Part shown: in pieces, positions 1 through 12,614 of the stretch
Layout of the letters: every line of letters begins with the position of its first letter
Position numbering within the stretch: the first letter of the stretch is position 1
Assembly: GCF_963676685.1 (NCBI RefSeq)
Contig: NC_092347.1
Coordinates: forward strand, 2,914,001 to 2,978,000
DNA from: Mytilus edulis
Lineage: Eukaryota
Direction: 5' to 3'
DNA length: 64,000 bases
The notes under the pieces: model-generated
The model's input: only the letters and a program-made list of their open reading frames with translations
Databases searched by the model: none
Told to the model about the DNA's origin: nothing
Position numbers and translations under genes: made by a program

Positions 1-270
1 TATTGTAATTGCATTGAAAACAACATTTTGAGACTAAATTAATTTCTTCATGTCCGAGCTTTTTCGAGAGCAGTCCGGGCTTTTTCGAGTGCGTCCATGT
101 TTTATCGAGTGATTATACACATTTCGTATTGCTAAAAATATTATGTGTTAGTGTGTTTAACTATAAAATAAAAGTTCAAATTAAGTACTTTAAAGGCACA
201 AGGTGTATTAACATTTGCATTTTATAAACAAGTATCGTTCATTTGTTTATCTTCTTTTTCTCACATCTTA

Positions 271-1378
271 TAAAAAATGGAAAACAACACGTTTTATAAT
301 TAATTGCGTCCGAAGCGCTTTTCTGGATTAACCTTCATCAGGAACGCTCAAAGCCAAACATTTGAAATCCGAAGATGTATAAGTACCGAAAATCGTTGAA
401 GAGCTTTATGTCAAAAATACCTAAAATAAATAGCCAAATTCATCTAAAGCCAACTTTGCCTGAGGGAGTTGAAACCTTAGTTTCATAATAATTTCAAAAT
501 TTATAAACAGACAATTTTAGTAAAGTTTGTTAAATCATGTTAGTACCGAAGCACTGACTACTGAGCTGATGATACCCTCGGGGACTGATAGTCCACCAGC
601 AGAGGTATCGACCCAGTGATGTAAAAAATGGAAAACAACACGTTTTATAATTTATTGCGTCCGAAGCGCTTTTCTGGATTAACCTTCATCAGGAACGCTC
701 AAAGCCAAACATTTGAAATCCGAAGATGTATAAGTACCGAAAATCGTTGAAGAGGTTTATGTCAAAAATACCTAAAATAAATAGCCAAATTCATCTAAAG
801 CCAACTTTGCCTGAGGGAGTTGAAACCTTAGTTTCATAATAATTTCAAAATTTATAAACAGACAATTTTAGTAAAGTTTGTTAAATCATGTTAGTACCGA
901 AGCACTGACTACTGAGCTGATGATACCCTCGGGGACTGATAGTCCACCAGCAGAGGTATCGACCCAGTGATGTAAAAAATGGAAAACAACACGTTTTATA
1001 ATTTATTGCGTCCGAAGCGCTTTTCTGGATTAACCTTCATCAGGAACGCTCAAAGCCAAACATTTGAAATCCGAAGATGTATAAGTACCGAAAATCGTTG
1101 AAGAGCTTTATGTCAAAAATACCTAAAATAAATAGCCAAATTCATCTAAAGCCAACTTTGCCTGAGGGAGTTGAAACCTTAGTTTCATAATAATTTCAAA
1201 ATTTATAAACAGACAATTTTAGTAAAGTTTGTTAAATCATGTTAGTACCGAAGCACTGACTACTGAGCTGATGATACCCTCGGGGACTGATAGTCCACCA
1301 GCAGAGGTATCGACCCAGTGATGTAAAAAATGGAAAACAACACGTTTTATAATTTATTGCGTCCGAAGCGCTTTTCTG
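271..1378 (-). mobile_element. Non-LTR retrozyme tandem array RZ-351 (351-bp unit x ~3.15) with one type I hammerhead per unit
   Basis: Units start at 271, 622, 973 and 1324 (period 351) and are near identical. The minus strand of each unit reads GCGUUC-CUGAUGA-AGGUUAAUCCA-GAAA-AGCGCU-UC^GGACGC. Confidence 0.88.
306..347 (-). ncRNA. Minimal type I hammerhead ribozyme (further copies 657-698, 1008-1049; half copy 1359-1378)
   Basis: Stem I GCGUUC/GGACGC, core CUGAUGA...GAAA, short stem II GG/CC flanked by A.A, palindromic stem III AAGCGCUU, UUC cleavage triplet. Confidence 0.8.
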
Positions 1379-3055
1379 TTATATCAAATGTAGATATAAA
1401 CAATTCGGATTGAGACGGACATACATATATTGTGTAAGTTAAGATATATGTTTGTTTTCAAAAGAGTACACATCCGAAATATGTATTATTTATTTTATTG
1501 TTTAAGAAATGGAAACCGAAAATGTTTAAATGCTATTACTGTGAGGAGTCGTCTAATTATGTAATAATTGGTCATACAGCAACTAAACACCATGAGAACC
1601 TCATTCCAATAAAAGAAAAGTGACTAAAAATAGTAAATATGGATATCTATCAAAACATTAAAATGTTGTTCCTGATGTCGTTCGAAGCACTGGACAATCT
1701 AGCTGGTGATAGCATATAATATACACATTTTGTATTTTTTCTATCATTTCTAAAGGATCATATTTAGCCTATTGAATTATTTATTTCATTGTTGAGGATA
1801 TATGAAATTTTATTGAAACTTTATTATCAATGACAATAAAAATGGGGTGGATTAAGTGTGTGTGTTTTTGAAATATTTTTATTAATGGATTTGTTATATG
1901 GGGCGGGGGGATGTCTCTTTTAGTAGAATTTCTTTTATAACATAGCATTTTTTCTGATTCTTCACTGCTTTCCATGTGTTTCTTACTCCTTTTTATTTAA
2001 TCTCCGGGGTTCACTACAAGAAATATCATTAATTGTAAAATCAGAAGAAGCATGAAATAAAGTTAAAATAAATATGAGTACCCTGAAATATGTTCTAAAC
2101 ATCGTTCCTTTTTGAATTTTCATTAAAGGATAAAGCAATTTCTAAATGAACACTGGGAAGTAGTTGTAGAACGCTCTTCGAACAAAAGATTTGCATTAAA
2201 TTGAAAAAAGCTTCATCTTAATTAACGTAGTAATAGGTTTTTGATGATTTCTTTGGAATATATGATTTTGTCCTTTACTTAATTACAATTATAAACTTGC
2301 AAAAGTATTTTTTGTAATTCTAAAATTGAGAATGGAAATGGGGAATGTGTCAAAGAGACAGCAACCCGACCAAATAAAAAAACAACAACAGAATACATTT
2401 TGTCTTCTTCAAATTTTCGGTAAAAAACCCGGACTATTTGTTTAAAAACCCTGACGATTTCACAGTTGCTCTCGAATAAATCCGGACAATAACAAACACT
2501 AAAATCTTTTGTTCAATTCATGTCAATTGAGCTTCTTTGTTGATCCAAACATTTTTAATATTCAATATAAGATGGGTAGTAATGTAAAAAAACTATTATA
2601 ATTACGAAATAGCAGTTAATTGAACTTATCGTTTTTTCTATCAATCGAAAAAGTCCGAACTAAACTCGAAAAAAAATGGACCGAATCACTCGGAAAACCA
2701 CAATACTAGCCGGACACTATAACTACGGTGTTTTTGACTGTCTGCATTCAATGTTTATTCTGCAAATGCGACAAGCCTCACTCCATTTAGATTTGATTCC
2801 CTATATTCTATCTTTTTGTTTTTATATTTAAAATAAACTCATCATAGATACCAATATGGAAATTTTGTATATTCGCGAGACGCGCGTTTCGTCTACAACG
2901 GACTCGAATTAAAAACTCAAAAGGCCAAACGCAGTACGAAGTTGAAGAGCATTAATGGTTCTGCGAATTTTAACATCAGTAAACTATTATACGATTTTTA
3001 ACACGAGTCCGGAGATAATCTAGAGCATATACACAACCGAAGACAATTTCCTAAT

Positions 3056-6000
3056 GTTTTTTTTTCTTTTTTTTTGTAATGTGTTTATAGGCAAAGAACT
3101 ACATGTATATTAACAATAGTAAATAAGTTCATAGTACATCAGCAAAATCGAGACAAGTGCATAAAGTTGACATTTGGAATCCTTCTATAAACATATAATA
3201 ATTATTAATAATAATTTTAAAAAAAAATAGAAAATCTTAATCTGAGGTAGCATGGATTGGGTAGATATTTTTATTACGTGAAAGTTAACTTATAAAATCA
3301 TTCTATTAGTTGGAGCCAGGGGTTCCAGCAGGTGTACGCTCTTTGCAGTGGTTTATTTTTATAAAATATTATTTTTGCAATAAACAAATTTTCTTTAAGA
3401 TAATTTTTTAAGGCTACACTATTTACTTGTCCACATTGCATTTTTGTTTTGTATATATAGTATTTAGTGAATAGTATTATGATATTTCTTATGAAGTTTT
3501 TTTCTGTTTTTTCTAATATCCCAAATAAGACTATATCTAAATTACGTGGTAGTTTAATTTGGACTTTTGAATATATCCATTTATTAAGTTCTTCCCAAAC
3601 ATCAAAAACGTTTGGACATGTCCAGAATATGTGTTCAATAGTTTCTATTGAGTCCAAACAGAAAGTGCATTTATTGTTTTGTGAGACTTTAATTTTGTAG
3701 AGTAATTTATTAGTTTCCAAAATTCTGTGATTATTTCTGTATTGCAGCCACTGTAATTTTGAGTTTTTAGTAATGTAAAACGGAAGTCTGTATATTTTAT
3801 TCCAAATAATATTATGTCTATTTAAGATTAAGGACCACTTTTTCTGTGATGTGATATTTGTTATTTGTTTCATTTAAAACATTGTACATGTCTTTTGATC
3901 CTTTTGTAGATTTCATAAATATAGAAATAGAAGTTGGTATAATTGGCCCATAAGGCTTTATAAGCTGATTACTTTTGATATCAAGACTTTTCATATAGGA
4001 ATAAACAGCTGACATTACTCCTTGAAATATAAGAAAGTTGGTTTCAATATCATATGTTTTTTTAAATTCCTGCCAATTCAATAAATGTCCCTCATTATCA
4101 ATTAAATCATTTATTAGCCAGACGCCCTTTTCAGTCCACGTTTTATATAGAGGGATTTGATTACCAATTTTAATTTCTTTATTATTCCAAAGATTAGATG
4201 TGATAAAATCGTATTCGTTCTTAATAGCTATTTTGGTTTGTAGTTCAGTCCAAGCATTAAAAACCTCCTGCCAAAAAGGATTTCTTACTTGTGTTCTTGG
4301 ACCTACCAAGAATAATTCATTTAATTCAATTTTTTCAGTACAAGTTAGTAACTTACAATAATTATTAGTTTGTTTGATTATTCTTCTTATCCAATTAGTT
4401 TTAATACTTTGATGTATTGTTATAGATTTAACATGTTAAGTCCACCCAGTTCATATATTTGAGCAATTGTTTCTCTTTTAATTTTGTCTGGTTTACCATC
4501 CCAAATAAAATTAAATATTTTTTTTATGAATTGATTTAGTAATCCATTATTAAGATATGGTAAAGTTAGAAATAGGTGATTGAGCTTTGAAATTATAAGG
4601 CTTTTAATTATAGTATTTTTCCAATTGGAGATAAGTATTTGTTAGACCAGCTTTTCATTGTTCTTTCTATCTCTTTAAATTTGAGTTCAAAGTTTAGCGT
4701 TTCCGTTTCTTGTAAGTCTACTGAATATGTAATACCCAAGAGCGTAAATCTGTTGGAACCCCATTCCAATCCCCACTTTACACACATTGTATCTTGGCTA
4801 TATTTCTTTTTCCCAATCCAGACTACCTTTGTTTTCTCTAAATTCATCTTGAGACCAGACCATTAAGCATATAGGTCTAAAACACAAAGAGATGCATCTA
4901 AGGATTCTGGTGAACCATCTAAAATAAGTGTGGTGTCATCAGCATATTGTGATATCAAAAATTCTGAGTCTTCAATAATAATACCTTTTATATTTTCGTT
5001 TTTTCTAAGTAATATTCCTAAAATTTCTGCACATAACAAGAAAATGTAAGGGGATAAAGGATCCCCTTGTCTGCAACCTCTTTCAATTGTAAACAAATCT
5101 GATAGAAAATTATTCTGCGTTATTGCTGATTTGGTATTTGTAAAAAAAGTTTTAACCCAATGTTTTATGGAATTTCCAAAGTTGAAAAAATCAAGAACTT
5201 GTTCTATTAAAATCCAGGATATTGTACCAAAAGCTTTATCAAAGTCAATGAGGAGGAGAATGCCTGGGATATCATTTTCTTCAGTGTAGTGTAGTAAATC
5301 GTATATTAGTCTGGTGTTTTCACCAATAAATCTACCAGGTATAAATCCTGTCTGGTCATTATTAATTAAGATTGTTAAAACTGACTTTATCCTTTCTGCA
5401 ATGCAACTTGATGCTAATTTATAAATATTATTTAGAAGACTGATTGGCCGCCAATTCTTCATGTATTGTTTTTGGTTTGTCACCTTTTGATATGCAAGTT
5501 ATAATACCTTGTTTTTGGGTAATAGACATTTCCCCTTGATTATAGGCATATTTAATTGATCTATGTATGAATTTGCCTATATCAATCCAAAAAATCTTTA
5601 TGAATTCATTTGTATATCCATCCGATCCAGGGCTTTTCTCATTTTTCATTCTTTTAATTGCATCAGTCAATTCTATAAAAGATATTTCCCCTTCTAACGA
5701 CTCTTTCATATTTTTAGATAATTTTGGTATATCTTTATGTGGTAAAGCATTGTTCAGATTAATAGATTTTATTTTATCTTACCTCCTATACATTTCCAGG
5801 AATATGATTGGTTAAAAGCGTCCGCGTGCAAACCGTGTATATTTGATATTAGGTTAGTAGGGAGGCGGGGCTTAGCTCATACACGGTTAGTAGTGGAGTT
5901 ACGTCCCTTTATATTCCTTATTAGGTAAGAAGGGGGCGGGGCTTATTACATACACGGTTAGTAATGGTGTTATGTCCATTTGTAAAAAACAAAACGGTAC

Positions 6001-7650
6001 TGAGAAAAAATCTTAAAAGTTCCAACAGACGAAGAAATTGATGATTAAGATTGAAACAAATTCATAAAACACATTTAAACCTTACAAGTCGTTATTGTTG
6101 GCATCTGTTTTTGTAGGATTAATGGAAGTATTTTCTTAGCGCTAACAGTATTGAAGACCTGCTCGTTTTGAGAATCACTAGTCTTAATTTCACACGTTAA
6201 GATAGTCGGTAAGATAAATTCGTTACATAGTGTGCTAGTGACGTAATACAGTATATATGGGGTCAGTAAATTCCATATGGGGATTCGAGCTTCGCTCTCA
6301 CCCCATATGGAATTTACTGACCCCATATATACCGTATTAGGTCACTAGCACACTATGTAACTAATAGTCTCATTTTTGGAATATAGATTTTTGTAATAAT
6401 TTTTCGCTTCGTTTAGAATACGTTTTTGGTTTTAAATTATATTTCCTGATTTATCAATTAATTTAGGAATTGTTTTATTTACATAATTTTTTGTCTCTAA
6501 ATTTATGAAGTATTTTGTTTTTGTCCTTATGTATTGACCCCTCATTTTATTTTGTCTGAGAATTCTAAGATCTGCTTTCTATTTTTCTATCTGTTCCAAA
6601 ATTTCATCTGTTTGGGTTATTTCTTCCAACTTGTTTATATCTTCAGATAGCAAATGTTCTGATTTATTTGTTTCTTTCTTTTTAAATGAAGCATATGATA
6701 TTGTTTCCCCCCTTATTTCAGTTAACAATGTTTCTAAAAATAATTGATCACTAATTGTGAACTCAATTTCATTAGAGTCTATTAAGTTTAGGTTTTCTCG
6801 ATTATATACAAGAGAAGCATATTGCTCTTTAGTTTTATTTATTACCTCTTTAACAATATGGACATAATTTGGATCATATAGAAGAGAGTTGTTAAATTTC
6901 CATAAACCCCTCCCAATTCTGAAGTTATTAAGTTTTATTTGTAAAATAATTGGCGAGTGATCTGATCTATAACTATTTTGTATCTTTAAGTCATGTACAT
7001 TTGGATAAAAGCTCTGTGAAACAAAACAAAAAAATCTAGTCTGGCCTGTTTTATAGGGTTTGGTTTCCTCCAAGTATATCTTTTACTTTCTGGATATAGT
7101 TCTCTAAAGGGATCAGTTAAGTTGTAAATTTCCTTTATATCGAAAACTTTTTCCTTGGCTTTTGGATTATTTATATTTAAGTAATTAAAAGTATCAAGGT
7201 CTTGATTTTGCACTGAGTTATAATCTCCTGACACAATGACGGTATGATTATCAAATTCTTCAATTATTTCACTAACTTTATCATAAAAATCAGGGCTGTC
7301 ACTGTTTGAACCATATAATGTAATTAAAGTAATATTACTATCTTCAATTTTAATATTCAATCCTAATAGATTACCATTTTGATCTGTTTTACTTTGTAAA
7401 ATCTTATATTCAAAATTATTATTAAATAAAATGGCCACTCCTCTTTGATTTGAAGAAAAGGAACTAAAGACACATTTTCCACCCCATTGACTCTTAACAA
7501 ATTGTTCATCTTTTTCAGAAAAGTGTGTATCTTGAAGACAATACATGCTGCAATCTTTTGCTCTTAGATAGTCTAAAACATCTCTTCGCTTTTCAATTGA
7601 ATTAAGTCCTTGGCAGTTGTATGAGACAATCTGAAAAAGATTATTTTACG
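3056..7650 (-). mobile_element. Tx1/L1-clade LINE, ORF2 (APE endonuclease-RT-CCHC) pseudogenised by frameshifts and one insertion
   Basis: APE motifs SYNCQGL, CLQDTH, RGVAILF, GDYN, ARLDFF, SDHSPI, WKFNNSLL. RT motifs KSPGSDG, WRPISLLN, QTGFIPGR, LIDFDKAF, GCRQGDPLSP, QYADD. Zn knuckle CTFC...ETIEHIFWTC. A-rich tail at 3056-3075. Confidence 0.95.
5771..6365. mobile_element. Non-autonomous long-palindrome element inserted in the LINE ORF2
   Basis: Removing it restores the frame (..KNE-T-I-KSINL..). AT is repeated at 5771-72 and 6364-65. 140-bp palindrome at 6222-6361. Short IR ATTTTATCTTAC (5771) / GTAAGATAAATT (6209). Confidence 0.85.
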
Positions 7651-8132
7651 TTTAGAGTATAAATGACACAAATAGTTTAAAACATAATTTATATAAAATG
7701 ACAGAAAAAGTCCCAAACAACTGTCAATAAGTGAAGAAAAGTTAACACAATGTGTGTTATGTAGTAATGGTCTGGTCTCTGATTTAAACATGATGTTAAT
7801 TGTAATACTTCTGCTATGAATTTCTATATCTTCATGTATATTTGCCAATAGAATAATAAACAAAATAAAAAAACATTGTAAAGAAAAGAAATGAAAAAAA
7901 TTGAGTAAAAAATAAAGGAAAAAGACCCTCTCCTAATGGTTTAGTATTTGAAAAATTCAATTCAATAGCATTTACCCTAGTTTACACTACTGTAGTACTC
8001 ATTCTAAAGTTAGGTTAAGGAATAATAAAGGTAACAGTAATATACCGCCAATTTTGCTCCATTTATAATAAAGATAAGCACACCTCAGTAGTTTCTTACT
8101 TACTTACCTGCCTCGACAGATAATTGCTTTAA

Positions 8133-8585
8133 GAAGGCTCGCGGGTACAAAACATTCAGCGAAAAATTAAACATTTTTTTTTTCTTTACAAATTTTATTT
8201 ATTACACTATTAGTTATTACTTTATGATATGGTACAAAAATCAACCAAAACATCGATTATGTTTGGCCCCAGATGACGTTTAAAATGTTTTAGGATTGAA
8301 AAAGCTCCAAACTATCTCCCTTTGGTGCAAAAATGCCTTGTTTTGGTATTAAGATTGAAATATCTTTTTTAACACATCGGTGTCCTATATTTTTTATTAT
8401 TGTTTTCAAATAATCTGTACATTAACTAAATAAATGTAAAATTTCAGCGATTTCTGTAATTTAGTTCTTATTTTATTTCGATATTACCTCTATTTCTTCT
8501 ATTAGTTCAACAGAAAAAAAGGACATTAAAACAATATAGCAAAATCCTATATTAATTAAAAATTGATTTATACCCGCGAGTCCCT
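8133..8585. mobile_element. Kolobok-like MITE
   Basis: TTAA on both sides (8129-32, 8586-89). Imperfect 15-bp TIRs GAAGGCTCGCGGGTA / TACCCGCGAGTCCCT beginning with purines. Confidence 0.75.
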
Positions 8586-9980
8586 TTAAGTGTCAAATTT
8601 TGTCATTAGGTATATAGATCATCGAACTCTTAAGTTTATTGTGATAAAATAAAAACAAATGAAAAAAGAGTACTAAAGAAGCGCGTTTCTTTTACAAAGG
8701 TTTCACAAGTGGCGCACAAATAAATCCATTATAATATTTTGATTTTACTCTACCAGTTAACTATTGGAAAAAATATGTTCAAATCAACAGTTATTGGTTA
8801 TATGTTCACGATTTATTCTTAGATCTCATTAAAGCGAAGTGCAACATTGTAAAGGCTTTACAATCATAGTTTGCAGAATACTAATAAGGATAAAATGTGA
8901 GAGGAAATTTAGGGAATATGTACTTTACACATATTTTGATTTGAACAAAATGCGTATGGAAATGTCGTTTAACATTTAGATTTCTGATATCTTCATACCG
9001 CAATAGTCATTAATCAAATGCAAATAAGAAAATTAAAATTCTGATTTATAGTGTATTTGGAAAGATAAAGATAAAGGAATTGAAGTATGAGACACAAATA
9101 TCATTACGTACAATGTATTATTCAATAACTAATTTACTATTTAAGGCACATACTTTTTAATGCTTTACTCCTTTCCGTTACAGTTGCTTTAATGGTGGTC
9201 CTGAATGATGAATAGAAATAACTAACGTGTGACAGCAAGAAATTAGCACTCTTTAGGGATACCCGTTGACATCTATTAATATGTGTGTTCGGGAGGTTAT
9301 TCATTATAAGTGCGTGCCTTGATTAATTTCACTGTTAACTCTGCCATTATACTTAACATTGTTAACATATATCTTTAAAAGAAAGAGAGGCAATAAAAAC
9401 CAAAGGGATATTAAAAATCGGGAATAACAAAGTCGACAATGCCATGTTAAAAAACGAAGAACGATCAACAGGCAAACTAAGTATACAAAAAACAACATAT
9501 ACATAACATCCAATAAACAGTGCGATAAGAACCCGACCAACAAATGCTTCCAAAGGATAAGCCGTATTTCATTTTGTTTGGCCACGTTTTTGTCAAATAT
9601 CCCTTTGTCATCTTCAGCGTATTATTTTGTAGTTGCAAAATAATGCACACTGTCGGCAATCTCAATTTTTTTAAATCGTAAAGGTTAATGGTTAACCATG
9701 ATAACTATGTTAGCGGCAGTCTGGTCTTTACAGCCATATAAAGGAAGATGTGAGGTGATAAAAAGATACATCTTCATTTAGTTTTCTGTAATATTAGACG
9801 ACATCATCTGTTTTATTACTTTGCTATAACTGATATTTAATTAAATTATAACTAACAGGCTTTCAGAATATTATATGACAAAACTCACCTCAAATCAACA
9901 CTGACATTTCTTACCATTTAATGACTCCGTAGAGATCATATCATTTGGAGTTGTTTATTGGTTTTACTAATATCAAAAAT

Positions 9981-10606
9981 AGAAGATGTGGTATGATTTC
10001 CAATGAGATAACTTACCATAAGAAACCAAAGGACACAGAAATGAACAACTATAGACCAGCGTACAGCCTAAACAATTAGCAAAGCCCGTACAACATAGTC
10101 AGCTATAATAGGTCCCGAGAAGATGACAAAAGCCCGTACAACATAGTCAGCTATAACAGGTCCCGAGAAGATGACAAAAGCCCGTACAACATAGTCAGCT
10201 ATAACAGGTCCCGAGAAGATGACAAAAGCCCGTACAACATAGTCAGCTATAACAGGTCCCGAGAAGATGACAAAAGCCCGTACAACATAGTCAGCTATAA
10301 CAAGTCCCGAGAAGATGACAAAAGCCCGTACAACATAGTCAGCTTTAATAGGTCCCGAGAAGATGACGAAAGCCCATACAACATAGTCAGCTATAATAGG
10401 TCCCGAGAAGAGGACAAAAGCCCGTACAACATAGTCAGCTATAATAGGTCCCGAGAAGATGACAAAAGTAAAACAATTTAAACAAAAAATATCGTCTTGT
10501 GTATGTATAAAATAATGAACGAAAAACGAAACGTTACTCTTTGACAACCACTGAATTACAGGCTCTTTCCCTTGGACAGACACATACAGAATGTGGTGGG
10601 GTTAAA
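9981..10606 (-). mobile_element. TW-b interspersed repeat copy with degenerate twister 3' half and internal minisatellite
   Basis: Collinear with the copy at 48580-49015. The minus strand starts TTTAA-CCCC-AC-CACAT..ATGTG and ends ..CATACCACATCTTCT. Confidence 0.8.
10081..10468. repeat. 48-bp minisatellite x8
   Basis: Unit AAAGCCCGTACAACATAGTCAGCTATAAYAGGTCCCGAGAAGATGACA at 10081, 10129 ... 10417. Confidence 0.95.
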
Positions 10607-12614
10607 GTAGATAAATCGCAGCAAATCAATAAGCAATAATCAACTATGATAAAGAGCAAGAAACAACAATAATTCAATGTTGTCCAACTTAGTATCATTA
10701 AATGTATTACCATTTTCAAGAAAGACTACTAAATGTATATCAAAACGATGACGAAAAAACTAAACCAAAACGCATCAAATGACTTAAAATTGAAATAATT
10801 AATAAACTTGAAGAATATCTATATCATTATCCATATGAGTTTTGAAACGATACACACTGCACTATGAATAAAAGTGATTTCATAGAAATGACAGAAAATC
10901 AACAGAGGTAAAATAAAGGATTTATAGGACAACAGATTTTACTTTTGTTCCATTTCCCCCAAAAACAGTTCAGTATTGCGATCTTGAAATTTGTAGAACA
11001 TATTATTATAATTCTAAGTTGGACAATAAATCATTTTCCTTTACCCCAGTTGAACCATTAAATACCTTTAAATATACCAATCTCTATCAAATACATAACA
11101 ATAAAAGCGGTTTTCTTCAATAAGTCCTTAAATGTTATCTGTCATAGAACTCCGGTACTTTCTCTTCGTACAGACGATTCTAAGTTGTCAGGCATCAGTA
11201 GAAGAAATGACTCACAATTCTAAAGTTTGTGGTTGCCCCTAAAAAAGTGAAATCTATGGCTAATGTAGTTAAATTCCTGAATGAGTTTCACTTTTTTATA
11301 AATTTTAACCTTTCAAAAATATTTTCAATACGGCCCAATAAATTCCAGAGATTTCCCCTCCCCTTTCACTAGTGCTGGTTTGCATTTATAATGAAAGCTC
11401 TGATGAGATCGGTGTTTTAGAAGTAAAATGTTTCACCCCAATATACAAATATTTACTGCTTAGTAATCTAGTTTGATAGGACATATACAAATAATTTTGT
11501 AGTGTTGTAGATCATAAATATTTTGATTTAACATTTGTTCAAAAGTTGTATGTATATGTAGACAGATTGCTAATTGTTTGTCATGCAATGAGAAGATTGT
11601 TACAATGATAATAAACGATTTATGTCCATTTCAGAGTAAGCAAAACTTCAATTTGCAATTATAATTTTGAATAAAGTTTTAAACTAAATTCTCGGAAGTA
11701 TTGTATCACATTTTAATGGTTGTTTGTTTTGTTATTTAGAAACAGTGATAGGTGTTTGATTTATTTTTTGATGGTGTCACTTGCAGGAACAAGTGGCAGG
11801 CTTTAATATATAGACGGATTTATACAACTAATAAAATCCCAACAATTTTATATTGTTTATGTTTACAACTATAGAGTTTACCCAAATTAGCCGTCAATAA
11901 ACACCAACTAACATGGTAACCATTCTCTTCGCTGGACAGTGTAAAGGAAATAGAAATCTACAAAGAAAACCACATGACATCAATTACTTTTGTACCATGA
12001 TTAAATATAAACATATATTTAATTAGCTATAAAAAAAGCATGTCACACTTTGTACTGAAATGACTTCGATTGCCAAAAACTAATTCTAATTCACTTATAT
12101 TAACAAAACCTAACCCAAAAACTTGACAAACTGTTGACAACTACATCCTCAATTTTTATTATCATAAACAACCACAATGTCACCAGCTGATGATAAAAAC
12201 TTTCATGTATCGAACTCTCTGTATAACTTTGATAAATACATAAATGTTTAATTATTTAAAGCGTGCAATATTTTATAGACACATGTCTCCTGTTGAATAC
12301 TGTAAGCTGTACTCTCGGTGTCTTGTTACCAGTTTTGTCATTGAATGTTGTTGATAAACAATCAACTGCGTTTATGATATCTCAAAGAGATTTTGTTTAA
12401 CATTCCTTGATTTTTCAGTAAATGCCTATATATTTAAATATACTTTACATTAAGTTAGTAACACTGTAAATATATATTTGCTCGTGTGTGCTCCTAAGTA
12501 GCATGCATGTTCCACTATATTGCATTATTTTAAATACAGTTGTTAAAATTGAATTATACCTTGTATATGTAATATGTATAGAGCTTTTATATGCTGTGCC
12601 TGTTGCTCAATCCT

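Larger units (their letters stand above)
51..2720. mobile_element. Old foldback/MITE-like element with CTCGAAAAAAGTCCGGAC-like subterminal repeats; probable host of the RZ-351 array
   Basis: The motif cluster at 51-115 is the degenerate inverse of clusters at 2418-2490 and 2643-2720. Termini are unresolved. Confidence 0.35.

Noticed and set aside
566-600. Plus-strand CTGATGA in RZ-351 as an opposite-polarity hammerhead
   Set aside because: No GAAA follows, and the RZ-355 equivalent has CTGGTGA; better explained as the antisense of the conserved junction.
10068-10583. 171-aa hydrophobic repeat ORF
   Set aside because: It is only the translation of the 48-bp minisatellite inside an interspersed repeat.
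11216-11238. Minus-strand 23-bp micro-exon (ttttttag..gtgagt); similar 13/14-bp candidates in 30972-31210
   Set aside because: Such splice-like pairs arise by chance and no partner exons or protein identity were found; needs RNA-seq.
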